DNA of 63,386 nt, filler included, from Collodictyon triciliatum (lineage: Eukaryota), in NCBI GenBank assembly GCA_043381765.1. It is 5 parts of 5 records of this genome, joined end to end, with 100 filler letters (N's around TTAATTAATTAA, not from the genome) between each part and the next. Parts side by side here need not be neighbours in the genome. Positions count along the whole stretch, not along the records: positions 1 to 19,230 come from JBHJMP010000067.1; positions 19,331 to 28,011 come from JBHJMP010000069.1; 3 more parts are not named here. One strand, given 5' to 3'. A model generated the notes under the pieces. That model had not been told where the DNA came from, did not search any database, and saw only the letters and a list, made by a program, of their open reading frames with translations. Positions 1 through 19,738 of the stretch are shown here, one piece after another. Numbering within the stretch: position 1 is the first letter of the stretch; each line of letters opens with the position of its first letter. The position numbers and the translations under genes were made by a program.

Positions 1-88
1 AAAAAAAAAAAAAAAAAAATTTACGGGAGGGAAAAAAAAAGGAAAAAAAAAAAATAAAGGGGGAAAAAAAAAAAAAAGGGGGGGCGTC

Positions 89-126
<38 letters not shown>

Positions 127-864
127 GGAAAAAAACCATTCTCCTTGAAAACAATGATAACTTTGCAACCCAATTCATGTCGCTCCATAAATGATATGTG
201 TATTCCTACACTCTTGTGGGTTAATTTCTTTGTGCAGCTACAGACTTATTGGGCGTCTGCCTAGATTATTTTAAAAAAAAATTCTACTTTGCTATTGACC
301 TATAAATCCTAAAAGGCGTATCATTTATCAATGAGTTGGTGGCAAGCGAAATGACAAGGCCACCTCGAACCAATCACACATTGAACTCCCATACCGCTTT
401 TTTTTGTTTTCACTCCGGTAATGCTCTGATTCCTAGAGTTATCTGAGCGTAACGACTATGTGACGAATCTCCCTTGTATCCATCGTTTTCTTTTCTTTTT
501 CTTAATCATTCCGCTTTGTTACTTGAACTATTGAGGGTTTTTAACCTTTCATTTGGTATGGCGCATAAGCGAAAATTATTATTTTATTTTATTTTATTTT
601 AGTTTTTTGTAGTTCATTTGATTTATAGACACCTCGAGCAATATTGGGTATAGGTAAAAGAAAGACCAGAAAAGACAGAGAGATCGAATATTTGTTAGTG
701 GATGCTATTTTTTCCTTGTTTTCGGCATTCTTGCGTTTGTTATATTCCGGTACTAGGAGTTCGACATAGCAGATACAAAACTAAGAGTCATAGGACATCC
801 TCATGCTGGTGCGAAAAGGGAGGCAGGAAGGTATGAGAGAAGTAGAGTCTACAACGCATGTTGG

Positions 865-1449
865 TTATATCCCCATCTGCTGGTATGCTGGCGAATATCC
901 ATTAGAATTAACCAACGTCGGTTGAGGTGGTAGCAGAATGAAAGCTTCGGACTGTGTGGATGTCAAGTCAACCAACCCAAAGTTGCCCTGTGCTTGAAGG
1001 AAGCGACGATTCCCTTCGGCAACAAAGAAAGAGACAATCGTTTCTATCTTGTGGTAGCTACAACACAACCGGTAATCCAGAGCACGAAGCAAGCTGAGCT
1101 CGAAAGGTGCAAAATCTGCTGTCTGGATACCCAACAAATGGGCGAAAGTCAAGTTTCCGTAAGGGCAGTCGTCCAGAAACTTATTCGCGACCGCCAGGGC
1201 AGCAGCAAAGAGAGCAGAGGGATGCATCATTTCCTGTGTGGCTGAACTCAAAGCAGCGCGGTGGGCGTAAATAACCGCCAGGCCGACCGCCTCAGCAGAG
1301 ATGACGTTGTGTTCATGGACTAGGCGCACAATTGCAGAAATAGAGCGAACCCCTGGGTGGTTGGCGGGCTGGGCTTGGCAAACAAGCATCAGATACTCCT
1401 CGATGGCCTGTGCGGTGTGTGCGTGTCGATCGTTGTTTAGAGTTTCCAT
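865..1449 (-). CDS. Cyclin, Pho80/PCL (Pho85-cyclin)-like, intronless
   Basis: 194-aa ORF with the cyclin-box motif LFAAALAVANKFLDD...FELSLLRALDYRL typical of Pho80/PCL cyclins. It is GC-richer than its flanks and has a TATA-like element upstream. Confidence 0.8.
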   Translation of the reverse strand: METLNNDRHAHTAQAIEEYLMLVCQAQPANHPGVRSISAIVRLVHEHNVISAEAVGLAVIYAHRAALSSATQEMMHPSALFAAALAVANKFLDDCPYGNLTFAHLLGIQTADFAPFELSLLRALDYRLCCSYHKIETIVSFFVAEGNRRFLQAQGNFGLVDLTSTQSEAFILLPPQPTLVNSNGYSPAYQQMGI

Positions 1450-1625
1450 CGTTTTCCTGGCAGCCCTATCAGTTGCGCGGCCTCTGGGTTTGCTGCTGTA
1501 TGCTCCTTTCTTGAGGTCAGATTCGTTAGTGGGTGCGGCAGAGGCAGGGAAATCTCGTGCGGCTTTGTCAGTCGCCCCCCAAGATCGAAATTCGGCCTGA
1601 GCTGTCTCCTCTGAACAGGCCTGTG

Positions 1626-1634
1626 ATTTATATA
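1626..1634 (-). promoter_or_regulatory. Putative TATA box of the cyclin gene
   Basis: Minus-strand TATATAAAT about 180 nt upstream of the ATG at 1449, inside GC-rich sequence. Confidence 0.45.
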
Positions 1635-2282
1635 CCTTCGTGCGGGCGCAAAGCGGGCTGGTGTGTCGTGTCGGGTCTGCTAAATGGGCGGGCGTTCGTG
1701 GAAAAACGCTTGAATGGCATCGCTCCGAAAGCGGACAAATACGATTTTACTTTCCCTAAATAGCGCTTTGTATTCGTCATCATGTCGTCATGCCATCGTC
1801 ACTATTATGTATTTGGGTATATTTTTCTGAATATCGCCGAAATTGGATTGTGGGCTCCATGGCAGTCTAGCCTTATTTGGATTAATGCAGCCACTTTGAC
1901 ATATTGGATGATAGTTTGTCATACTTTCGCCTGTTCTGGAGAAAGTTTATTCAAAGATGATCTTTTTTGGGATAATTGCAGATTTGATGAATTGCTATGT
2001 GGGGAAAGTAAAGGAGCGGAGGGTGTGACATGAGAAAAATACTAAAGTTATATATATATCTTATAATTATGTTATATTTGATGTATATATTCTATTATGG
2101 TTAATTTAAATTTTATAAATTGATTCTACAGTAAATTCCACTTATATGAAGCATGTACTTACCATTATTTCTGTACAATACCATTTCGCGTTGCTCGGCC
2201 CTTGGGCGCCCGGCTTTGCGCAGAAAGTTCTCTTTGCCGGCGTACAAGAGCCATCGGGTAATCGAAGGAAAACACAGGGAGA

Positions 2283-4895
2283 ATGCTTGGCTGGGTAGCT
2301 GGGGCTTTTCGTGGACTTTATCGAAGGCGCGGAGAGATCCTCATCATTGGCGGATCGCTTGCATTCATCTACTTTGGAACCCGAAGACTTCGTACTATCT
2401 TGATCGATGGCCAGAAAGAAGCTCTGCAAACGGAACAGGATAAACTTAGGTACGCCCGTATGTTTCATCCTTGTCGTTTTCTTTTATGTACCTATTTTAT
2501 TTTAATTTATTTTATTTTTTTAGAACTTTGTTTTGTACATGCTTAAATGGATATATATGTGTGTGTCTTTCATTCAGTTGTTCCTATTAATTTGTACAAG
2601 TTGGTGGAGATTTTCATTTTGGTAACATATGTCTTTCATCTTTATATCTCTTTGAAATACTCTCTTTATTTTCGCGTTTCCTTTGAATGATTGAGTTACT
2701 TTCGTCAAATAGCTATTTCAAGTACCCTCTGAACCATTCTTTATCAGATTGCAAAACCACTTTGAGCTAACACAGCGGACCGCAGATGAAAGCGCGCTTA
2801 AGCTTTTGCCTCAGTTGAAAGAGTCGATTGTACGTTTGGCAAACGTAGAACATTACATCGAGGCTATCAAAGCCAAGATTGGTGATAAAGGACAAAACTG
2901 GCAGGAGCTTAAAGTCCGCTGTATGCTTCATTTTCCCCTCCTCTTTATTTTAAAAAATTCTTAGAATAATTGAAAACTTATGTTCATTTGTAGCGTATAG
3001 GTCACTTGTTCATTTTTATTTTTTAAAATGTTCAATCGAGAAGTGATATTGTTGTGATAACCTGCATGAAATTAAAAATGATTCATCGCTCCAGCCTTTT
3101 CGAAATGCATGGTGGGAGTTTATTCTGTGTGTCTACTAGTAGCTTTCACACGCGTTCAGATGAATTTGATGGCAAAATATATATACCTGCAAAAGAAAGG
3201 CACGCATGACGAATCGGGGGTATGTTTTTTTTCCCCTTTGTCGATCCAAGAGAAGGGGTTTTGTGCGAACGGTCATATGTCTGCTAAAAAAAATATTAAA
3301 TTTAAAGATAATATAGGTGTCAAAGAAATCCTCCTTCCTCATTTATATGGCAATATATAATACTTACTTTTGAAAAGTATCTAAATTATACTCATTAAAT
3401 AACGACATATTTAAGGTTGAATTAAAACCAGAAGACCAGGCGCACATCCTCGGACTCGCTTCGCATGTACTTCTCACCTCGCCAGCAACTTTAATGGATT
3501 ACGTACGCTTGGTAATTGCGGAGGAAACCAAAAAGTATTCACTCCTTTTTCTTCCTTTTTTTTTGGAGAAAGGAAATTGATTAATATCATATTCACTTAT
3601 TTTTTAAGTATGTAAATCTTAATGTGATACAAACAATTTTGGCCAAATCTTTCCCTTAGATATCCGCTAAACAAACCCCTTTCCCACGGAGAATTGACTT
3701 CACTAATTTCCGCGATTCGAAATGGAGTTGAGCATGGCTATACAGTACAGCTCAGGCCAGCAGAAGTATTTTCTTTCGTATATTTTATTGTGTGTTCAAT
3801 TATTTTAAGTCAAATAAAGCGATATATGAACATTATTTGATGGGGCTGTGTCATTATGCTCCTCATCATATTTTTATGTAATCTCATGTATAAATGATAT
3901 CTTTTGGAAACTGAAATCACTTTTTTGCCCCTTTACTATATATATATATATATATAATTTTTAGAGCTTGGAGGATGAATCAGCTGCAGAGGACATATCC
4001 ATTCACGTTGGAATTCTTGGTCGCTTGACCCATTTGCTTCTACCTGCAAGGATAGTGGATTGTGATAGCCAAAGCCTCGCCTCACAAACTGACGGACACG
4101 GACACCCAATCTCCACGAGATTTGTTGAGGCAGAAATGACCGACATATTTGAAAGGTAGCAATGATTGGTTTGCACCAAGAGGCACACTTTTAACTTGTT
4201 TAAATAGTTTTTGTATGAATCAAAAAGTACGCCCATTGGGAACCTACGCCGTTCGTTTACATGTTAAAATATAGATGGTTGTTTTAATCAATTATTTACA
4301 AAATAGCGAGGGATTTATAGAAATTGTGGAGGAGTTGTTGGACCAATCATTTGCAATTCTTTCTCGCCTTTTGCTGGAAAGGGTTGCAGGGTTCTCTGCT
4401 TTTGAATCTGTTCCATTTGCAAAGGTTACTCTCTGATAAAACCAAATCGTGTTTGACCAGACGGTGTGCTATATTAGAACTTTATAGTATGTAGTCTATG
4501 TCTCTTGTTCGTAAATTTTTTTGATAAGAGAACTTTTTCTAATATAATTTTCTCTTCATCATCTCATTATACAAGCTCATTCCCGTACTGTCTAACCTCG
4601 TCGATGATGTTTTTCCGAAATCACAAGCCATCCCTTACGGGTTCTCTCCTGGAGCGGTAATTATTTTCCTCCTTTATGTGATTCAAGGGAAGGAAGGGTT
4701 TTTAGATTGCTGTTGTGGCAATATATTATCATAATTGTATATATTTTTTCTGAATGGTATCTGAATCTGATTCATACTTAGAGTTTGATTCCAAGTGAAG
4801 TTTTTCAAACAATCACATCAAGCGAGTCTATCAAATCACTCTCGATTGTGTCCTATGCAGACCCAACTATGCTATCGGTCCCCAAGAATCATTAG
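2283..4895 (+). CDS. PEX3: Peroxin-3 (peroxisomal membrane biogenesis factor), 9 exons
   Basis: N-terminal basic plus TM segment (RRRGEILIIGGSLAFIYF), then LQNHFELTQRTADES, WQELKV, YSVCLLVAFTRVQMNLMAKYIY and AEMTDIFE. GT-AG introns join in frame to TAG at 4893-4895. Confidence 0.85.
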
Positions 4896-5447
4896 TTTTC
4901 CACCGAATGAAATAAAAAATGGATTCTGCTAAACCAGCTTCTTTTTTTAAGTTGTTCTTGTTGACAGATAACCATATTGTTTTGTTGAGGTCTGTATGAT
5001 TTTTGTAATTGTAAGAAAAATAAGAATAATTGATACATATAACAAAAATGAAAATAGACAAATCTTTGTTGTTTTTCACGTCATATATCTGACTGAACAA
5101 AAAAAAAAGTCCAAATTATATGCGGTATTGTTATCTATAATGTTACAGATATGACAATACCATATTATACACTCTGATATATTACCAACGAGATTTTATT
5201 TTATGAATTCCTCTTTTAATAACAAAAGTGGCAATAAATAATTTGACTCCGTCATCTCAATTTTGATTCAATTATCTCTGCCTCGTTTGCTCAAACACAA
5301 AAAGCAAAGCACAAGGAAGCATCCAAGAGCTATGCCTCCATATTCAAATTTAACAGTCATTTCCACTCGCCCATTCGTCTTGATTTTATTTTGTTTATTT
5401 ATTTAAAAAGAAGCTGGAGAAATCAGCGATGTCACACGTCAAATCAC

Positions 5448-8400
5448 CTAAACAATTACACAACAGCATCCATTCCCTGCCGAGTTTGTGGAATTTCCCA
5501 TCGAAGTTGAACTTGTTCGTGGAATAAGTGGCTGCTTCAGAGGGTCTCCTGTCGGGTCTGGAATACATCATAAACATTCGTAGAAAAGAAGATTCAGAAT
5601 GCCTGGCATCATTTATAAATCTAAAAAAGGACTTTTTTTCAGATAATATGCCATTAAAAATATATATTCAATATCAATATATTAAGCCTTCAAATGTTTT
5701 GGGTGGCAAGAAAAAAAAAACATCTATTGTCAAGTGTTCGTCTATGTGGTGGGCATACATGGGAGCATATTTTGGTTCAGCCCAGAGCCGAAGGAAGACA
5801 TCGTGCTTGTGTTGTCAGTGGTGGGGTTTGTTGTGTCCATTCTGGACGAAGATGACGCAGAGCCTCGGGTGAGACTTACAGCCTGAATCGGAGTAGATGA
5901 TGCCGACTATAATCAAAGAGTAGACGGTGTGATATCCCATTTTATGTGAAGCGTACTGACACTCAATCGAAACCCTGTTATGTTATAAGGAACTGTGGCA
6001 ATCTATACAGAGTGATATCTTCCTACCGAGTCTGTATCATTTGACGGAACAACGTTTTGGATGGTGTCATTCCGATGTGCCATTATGAAAGGATGCTGAA
6101 AAATGGGAGCCACATAGTTGATTATAAAAAAAATATATATTCAATCAAATTAGGCGTGTGTGACATAAGCAGCGCACAAAAAAACTGATATGACGACAGG
6201 TTATTCTAGTTTGTTCTATTTTTGAATGAAAAAATTATGGTACAATGAAAATGGCAAAGACAAATCCAATTTTGAGAATAAATCACCATCAAAAGCATTT
6301 TTGCCTTCGGTCTTGCTTTTGGGTCTCTTTCACCAAGGATTTTAAAAAAATTAGTCAGATTAACACAAAAAAAAAATATTTAAGATATTCTTGTTTTTAT
6401 CTGTGAGCAATTACTTCGATGCGTAAAAAAAAATTAAAAAAATAAGAATAATTAAGATACAAAAAAAAATCGGTTTACTTTTGAAGACAACATGATAAAA
6501 AGTCTTTGAATTGATTAGACCACTTTGACGGCTCAGAGAAGGTTGGTGGAGGATTATTTGCAATTTTACGAATGACCTGCCAAAAGAAGTGCAATTACGC
6601 AGATATAAGTCGAGTCAATACTGGATTAGATTTCTTCTGTTTTTTGTCCATAGTTGATAACATAATCGAATAAAGGAAATATTAATAACATAATCCTTGA
6701 ATCGGGTAAATAAGAAAATAAGTTATCATGTCACAATCCATTCGACTAACCGCTACTGCACGGTCAGAACAATGAGGAACGTATCCCTGCTCAGCCAACT
6801 CAATTGTAGTTATACCGATGGCCCATATGTCGGTCTTCGTGATAGTATTCGGAAAGGATAAAATGGAATAGTAAATTGAGAAAGTTGTAATTAAACAATA
6901 CAAAATGTAATTGATCGATTCATCAAAGTAATTATATTTCATATAAAACCACCCTCGAGAGTAGTTTTCATATAGTAATTTTCTCTGTACCGATACATCG
7001 TAAGTTGCTCGGTCTTTTAACATTTCTGGTGCCATGAAAAGAATCGTCCCAACAAAGTCATGCATCTGAATTGGTTGAGGAGAGAGAGAGAAAAAAGGAA
7101 AAATAGAAAAAAATCATCTTTTAACCCCAAAATCTTATTTACAGGACCACATTAGAGGTTCGAAAAGTTGAGAGAATATTTAGGATGTGGCTCGTTTCTA
7201 CATTTAAAAACCCATATTATTTATTATCTTTGTTGTTTAATTGATTTACCTGTCCAAAAGATCGAGTTAATTGTCCAGCAACACCGAAATCAGCTGCGAT
7301 TTACAACCAATTAAGAGATATAAAATGATATGATATATAGATAGTCTGGACAGGTAAATGTATATCTACGCTTTTTTTCCTTTATTCGATTCAAAGAAAA
7401 TATATATACGCTTAAAATTTTTTTCTTCTAATGTCAGATTACCAATCTTGCTTCGCCCTTGTCCATCAAGCAGGATATTTGCAGATTTGATATCACCTAT
7501 ACGAATCTGATGACTTCAAAACCAAAAGGGCCTGAATACAAAAATGAAAGGGAAAATAATCAAGAAAATGGAAAATGAAATTATACGGTGTGCTATTTTG
7601 TTGTCATGAAGATATGCGAGCCCCGAAAGTGTGTGATACAAAATTGTTGCTATTTGGTCTTCTGAAAAAGGCTCTAAATTTACGGTGAAAAGAAGATTTC
7701 AGGATATCTTTATTTTTTTAATTCTTCCTTTCGATTTGACCAAGATAATGGAGGGTTTGTTTCAGGATGTCTATAAATTGGATACAGCATTTCTGTAATC
7801 AAGATGACTGAGAGTTACCTGGCCATATACCCATAAAGTCTCGTACAGAGCCAACATTGCAATACTCCATTAGAACCTATACGGAGAGAGCGATAGTGAG
7901 AATTCCACTGCATTTGACCAAGACAAATACTCAATCCAAAAAATTGTGTTAAATCCTTCTTGGAAAAAATTAACAAAAGAGGGTTTCCTTTTGTTTAATT
8001 CAAAGAAAGTCAATAAAAGATAACCTTTTTCATCTTAGAATGTAAGAGAACATGATTATGTAAATTTATACAAATTCTTTATCGCGATGCCTTTTTCTCA
8101 AGCGAGAAAAGGAAAGAAAAGAGAAAAAAAGAAAAAGAGAAAGAGAGAAAAAGAGAAAAAGAGAAAGGAATCAAGGGTTTCCTTCCTTTTTTTGAAAAAA
8201 AATAACAAAAATTGATAGGCACACTTCAAATTGAAATTCCTTTATATAGTATAAATATAAACGTATACCCAGAGCTCTGATTGAGAGGGCATGCATGAGC
8301 CGTAGTAACTGACAATATTCGTATGCTTGAGCTTTTTCAAGATATTTATTTCCTTGTTGACCTCTTCCAGCCTAACAAAAAGCAGGCGATAATTGTATTC

Positions 8401-9981
8401 TTAAGGATGATTAAATGATAAATATTTTCGTGATTTTTGAGGGAAAAAAGAAAGCCATTTTCAGTTCTGAAGAACAAAGTTCTACCCTTCTTGTCCCTTG
8501 AATTTGATTACTTTTATCGCGAGGCTAAAACCAGACTCGCGGTGCCGCGCTCGGTATACACTTCCAAACGTTCTATTTCCAATAATGTATTGACATTACT
8601 TTTCCATATAAAGATTTCACGGCAATGATTTAACATTAACGTAATCAGACCAGTCCTTTGAATCGAATAAAGGAAGGGAAAAACGTAATCAGGCGAGTCA
8701 TATGCGAAAAGAAATGAAGCGATATTGAGGTTGAAACGCATGATATCTTTATTCACCCAGTCCCCAGTAAATCTGCCATTTCAAATGTTTCGTTTGGATT
8801 TTTCAATGTCCATTCGTAGTTGAAGTTTACATGAGATTTGTGAACCACATTATAAGGACTTCCAATGCCTATTTATTTTTAAAAATTGGAAAAGCTGAAT
8901 TAATGGTTATAAAATGTTTTCGACAAAAGACAGAGAAATCTTTTAGCATCGATAATTCTAATGTAAAGGTTTAAGATTAAAACAAATAGAATCAAATAAC
9001 ATAAATGATAGCTACAAAGGGGAATAATATTTTATAATTACTCTTTGGCCCTATTTCCCCAGACTTTCTCCATATTGTCTTCTTTTGATTTACAGTCTCC
9101 GGGTCGTCATCAGGATATATCACAGGGATTCCCTCTTTATCCTCATTTTCTTGCTTCGAAGTAATATTCGCCATTCATCCAAAAATGCCTTTCAGTAACA
9201 TTTTCCACTTCTTGGCGTATCAATCACAGATTAAAAAAGAAGAAGAACTTTGCTACCTCCCCATCCTCGGTATGGTGTTGTATCTGAGGCTTCTTTTTCT
9301 TCCAAAATGTCGACTTTCTCTTCCTCTTCTCAAGATCGATTTCCTCTGCAATAATCACATCTTTGCCTTCGGGAGTGGCCTTTGTTTCCTATGAAGAATC
9401 GTGCGTCATAAAGGCTGGTTTATATTCACAAATAAAACATTGGCGATGCTTTCTTGCATATTTATATTCATATCATTATTGCTATTCGATTCAAGGGAGG
9501 CCGTGTTGTCTCATTTATACAATTAGAGTTGGTATCTGGGTCTTGCGAGCCAGAATGGAAAGAGACCTCTGAGGGACTGTGTCCATGAAGCAAAGGGCTT
9601 TCAGAGCGACTCCCCACTGATCCGATATCCTGAGACCGCAGTAAAGAGGACTGTGCAGGAGTTGCCTGCCTTGACACATTCAGGACGGAACGAGACAACT
9701 GTGACTCCTTCGCTTGCGGCGATCCGACTCCGCTCTAACAAGAAAACAAAATATACATATTTACACATACATATACATATACATATACATACATATACAT
9801 ACATATACATATACGCGCTTTCAAGAATCGCCTTTATTGCTCAGAGAGGAGCGAATGGTGAAGTGCTTTGCAGCGATGATGTATTCATTTACAGGACATG
9901 GGATTCATGCGAGATACAAACCAGTGAACCACTCGCAAGCAGCGGCGAGGGAGAGCCCCGTGAAGGCGATCGCGAGTCCAT
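5448..9981 (-). CDS. STE20-family Ser/Thr kinase with CRIB-like motif and C-terminal CaaX box, multi-exon
   Basis: Spliced motifs LGTGTFGSVY, AIK, HTNIVSYYG, LWVLMEYC, HRDIKSANILL, DFGVAGQL, FVGTILFMAPE, DIWAIGITTIELAE and NNPPP..WSNQFKDFL. IGSPYNVVHKSHVNF lies just before the kinase domain and the last exon ends GCCCVIV*. The 5' exons and the ATG at 9981 are less certain. Confidence 0.85.
6668..6681 (+). mobile_element. Ultra-short retroposon-like insertion, copy 1 (kinase intron)
   Basis: (AATC)GAATAAAGGAAATA between near-direct repeats TT[G/A]ATAACATAATC at 6654-6667 and 6682-6695. Confidence 0.55.
7374..7400 (-). mobile_element. Ultra-short retroposon-like insertion, copy 2 (kinase intron)
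   Basis: Minus-strand CTTTGAATCGAATAAAGG-A(n) flanked by TATAT[C/A]TACGCTT at 7361-7373 and 7401-7413. Confidence 0.7.
8656..8681 (+). mobile_element. Ultra-short retroposon-like insertion, copy 3 (kinase intron)
   Basis: CTTTGAATCGAATAAAGG plus an A-rich tail, flanked by AACGTAATCAG[A/G]C[C/G]AGTC at 8638-8655 and 8682-8699. Confidence 0.72.
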
Positions 9982-10386
9982 CTACCTTGGAAGAGTTTCA
10001 TTTATTTTCCATTTTCCTGCGCTTACTGTTTTTTTCTTCTCTTTTGCTTTTTCAACCTGTCAAAGCTGTTTCGTCATAAAGAGGCCCACCACACTATGGA
10101 ATTTGGCCGTATCAAACTATCTCTCTGATTGTATGAGGGATTTCCTTTATTCGTTTATGGTATGAATCCAGTTAGAGTAAAGCGCGGTTAGGTTTATTCA
10201 GAAGGGTGTAACGAGAGAAGAGTGGGAAAGAGTACATAGAGGACGCGACACACTCACTGAAAGATCCACCAACCCAGCTGTGCTTTTGACAGAGGACTCA
10301 CGGGCGGATGAACGTAGATACGATTATATGTGAAGCGATGAGATATATGTCGAGCTTTGGCATAGGCAGAGTCACGAGGCAGTACG

Positions 10387-10830
10387 TTATGCAGGTGTTC
10401 CGGAACCGTTGTACTTGCTGACAGCTTTTGTGCCTTCTGACACGGCGTGCTTGGCGAGCTCTCCTGGAAGAATCAGACGGACGGAGGTCTGAACCTCGCG
10501 CGATGTCAGAGTCCCGCGCTTATTGATGCGGGCAAGACGGCCGGCTTCAGAGGCAATGCGGTCGAATGTGTCGTTGATGAACGAGTTCATGATGGCCATT
10601 GCGCGCTGCGAGATTCCGGTCTTGGGGTGGACTTGTTGGAGCACCTTGTAGATGTAGGACGAGTATGTCTCTGCGCGCTTCACGCGTCTCTTCTTGACCT
10701 CCGACGAGTCGGTTGTGGACTTTTTGACGGTCTTGGAGGCAACCTTCTCGGGGGCGGACGTGCTCTCCTTGGCGGCTGAGGTGGCGGGTGACTTTGAGGG
10801 CTTCTTTCCGGCTCCGGGCTTGGGTGGCAT
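10387..10830 (-). CDS. H2B: Histone H2B, intronless
   Basis: [69 protein letters not shown]. Confidence 0.97.
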   Translation of the reverse strand: MPPKPGAGKKPSKSPATSAAKESTSAPEKVASKTVKKSTTDSSEVKKRRVKRAETYSSYIYKVLQQVHPKTGISQRAMAIMNSFINDTFDRIASEAGRLARINKRGTLTSREVQTSVRLILPGELAKHAVSEGTKAVSKYNGSGTPA

Positions 10831-10974
10831 TTTGAGTTTGGATTGGCGTTGCGGGGTTTGTTGCGCTGCTGGACTTGTGCTGGACGAGGAGGACGCTTCG
10901 GTAGTGCGATGATTTGGAGTATGACCGTAATTTCAAACAAACACAAGGATATTGCAAACAGTGCTGTCTGCCGG

Positions 10975-10982
10975 TATTTATA
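10975..10982 (-). promoter_or_regulatory. Putative TATA box of H2B
   Basis: Minus-strand TATAAATA about 145 nt upstream of the ATG at 10830. Confidence 0.45.
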
Positions 10983-11348
10983 CCTAACATCCTGGTATCT
11001 GTGTTTGTTGTGTTTGTTGAAATTTCTTTATTTGTGTATTTTAGATCCGGATTCAAATTTATCCAAAATTGGAACTAATTTTATAAAGGAAGGGAATAAA
11101 TCTACCACAAATGACAATAGCACAACCATTTACGACATAATGCAGTGTGATTCAAATGTAATTACTTAATTATGTATATTATATCAATAAATAATATGCA
11201 TAATATCACTTAATATTTGCATTATACCTTAAAATATAACAGATATCATATATTCCAGAAATAGATAAAACTTTTGGCGCCGTATCCGCGTTATTTTTTT
11301 TCCGCTCTTTGCTTTGTTATAAAAGAGTCCTGCTTTATTGCTTGGTGT

Positions 11349-18278
<6,930 letters not shown>

Positions 18279-18938
18279 GCCTAGCTACCAATTGTTATTC
18301 CTAGGAATTAATATAACCAGGTTGTTCATAAAATCTGTACTATTGCGTTTTTTTTTTTTTTTTAAAAGCTGGTTGATTGTTTCAAGGCTGCGATGGTCTG
18401 TTTTGGGACATAAAATCGTGAACTGGCTAACCCGGGCATCACTCTATCTTTTCCTTCTTTAATGTATGGTTTCATGGAATAGACTATTCATTCAGTACTT
18501 TTGCACTTGGACACTTTGCGCATTCATACGGCCTGCCTCTGCCTTTCCGCTGCTATGATCTTTGTGAGGCTCGGTAAACAACTTCCAAGCAGATTGGAAA
18601 ATCAAGACCACACGCTTTTCCACATTTGAATAGATAAAGCTGGAAGATATGCAGATTTCGATGAATCCAATGCTGTTGCGAATAAGTCAAAACCAGCGAG
18701 GGCAGAGCGGCGAAGGGGTTCTTAAGGTTTTCTCGTCGTTGTACTTTGATTTTTTTCGTTCATTCTTTTCATCATCTTCTTTTAAAATGATTTCTTAAGA
18801 TACAGCGAAATGAAGAAGATATATTATAAGATGCCATGAAAATGTGGCTTTATTATCTTCTTTGAAGAAGGGCAAAAGGATTGATGACACAGCCACGAAA
18901 AAGCGTGGCATCCCGATGGCGATGTGAGTGCGTGTAGT

Positions 18939-19034
18939 TTAATGGAAGACCTTAAATTTTGGGCGTTGAGCCTTTCGTTCTTTCTTTTCGCGGCGCCTGC
19001 GTTCATCTTCGGTCTCTGGAATATCCACGGGTGT
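18939..19034 (-). CDS. Terminal exon of a truncated gene, resembling the TMEM208/SND2 (DUF788) C-terminus
   Basis: After an ATAG acceptor it reads TPVDIPETEDERRRREKKERKAQRPKFKVFH*, similar to the charged tail of DUF788 proteins as I recall it. The rest is lost at the linker at 19275. Confidence 0.4.
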   Translation of the reverse strand, partial: TPVDIPETEDERRRREKKERKAQRPKFKVFH

Positions 19035-19154
19035 CTATGATGTTCATTGGTTCATTAGCAGCGCAATAGATACTCTCCATGACTGGCTCACTAGATATAT
19101 ATGTGTTGTGCAGCAGAAGAATAGGAAAGAAAAGAGAAGAAAAAAAAAGAGAAG

Positions 19155-19230
<76 letters not shown>

Positions 19231-19274
19231 NNNNNNNNNNNNNNNNNNNNNNNNNNNNNNNNNNNNNNNNNNNN

Positions 19275-19286
19275 TTAATTAATTAA
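19275..19286. other. Artificial six-frame-stop contig linker
   Basis: N44-TTAATTAATTAA-N44; genes on both sides are truncated. Confidence 0.95.
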
Positions 19287-19738
19287 NNNNNNNNNNNNNN
19301 NNNNNNNNNNNNNNNNNNNNNNNNNNNNNNCTTTTTCTTTTTCTTTTTCTTTTTCTTTTTCTTTTTCTTTTTCTTTTTCTTTTTCTTTTTCTTTTTCTTT
19401 TTCTTTTTCTTTTTCTTTTTCTTTTTTCTGTTTACCTTTGCCATTCACCTAAATCAATTTGTTTTAATCACTCATCAGTCATGTCGAATCTATATAAAAA
19501 AATTCAACTTCGACTATCGTTCAAATTAAGAGACTTGTACTTTGCGTTTTATAATTGCTAATATTATCATTCCCTTTCGCAAAAGTTGCTCATTTTTATA
19601 TGATTTATCTTCCTTTCCTTTTCTTTATCTTATGTCAATCAGCGACTTGAATCACTTTTCACGCACCCAGTCCAATTTTTTACATATTCAAAACTTTTAT
19701 CATTTCACTCTAATTATACTCCCATTTGAACTGAGCAG

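Noticed and set aside
10447-11169. Overlapping ORFs around H2B, and similar ones at 33160-33710 and 63035-63340
   Set aside because: Shadow frames of real GC-rich exons.
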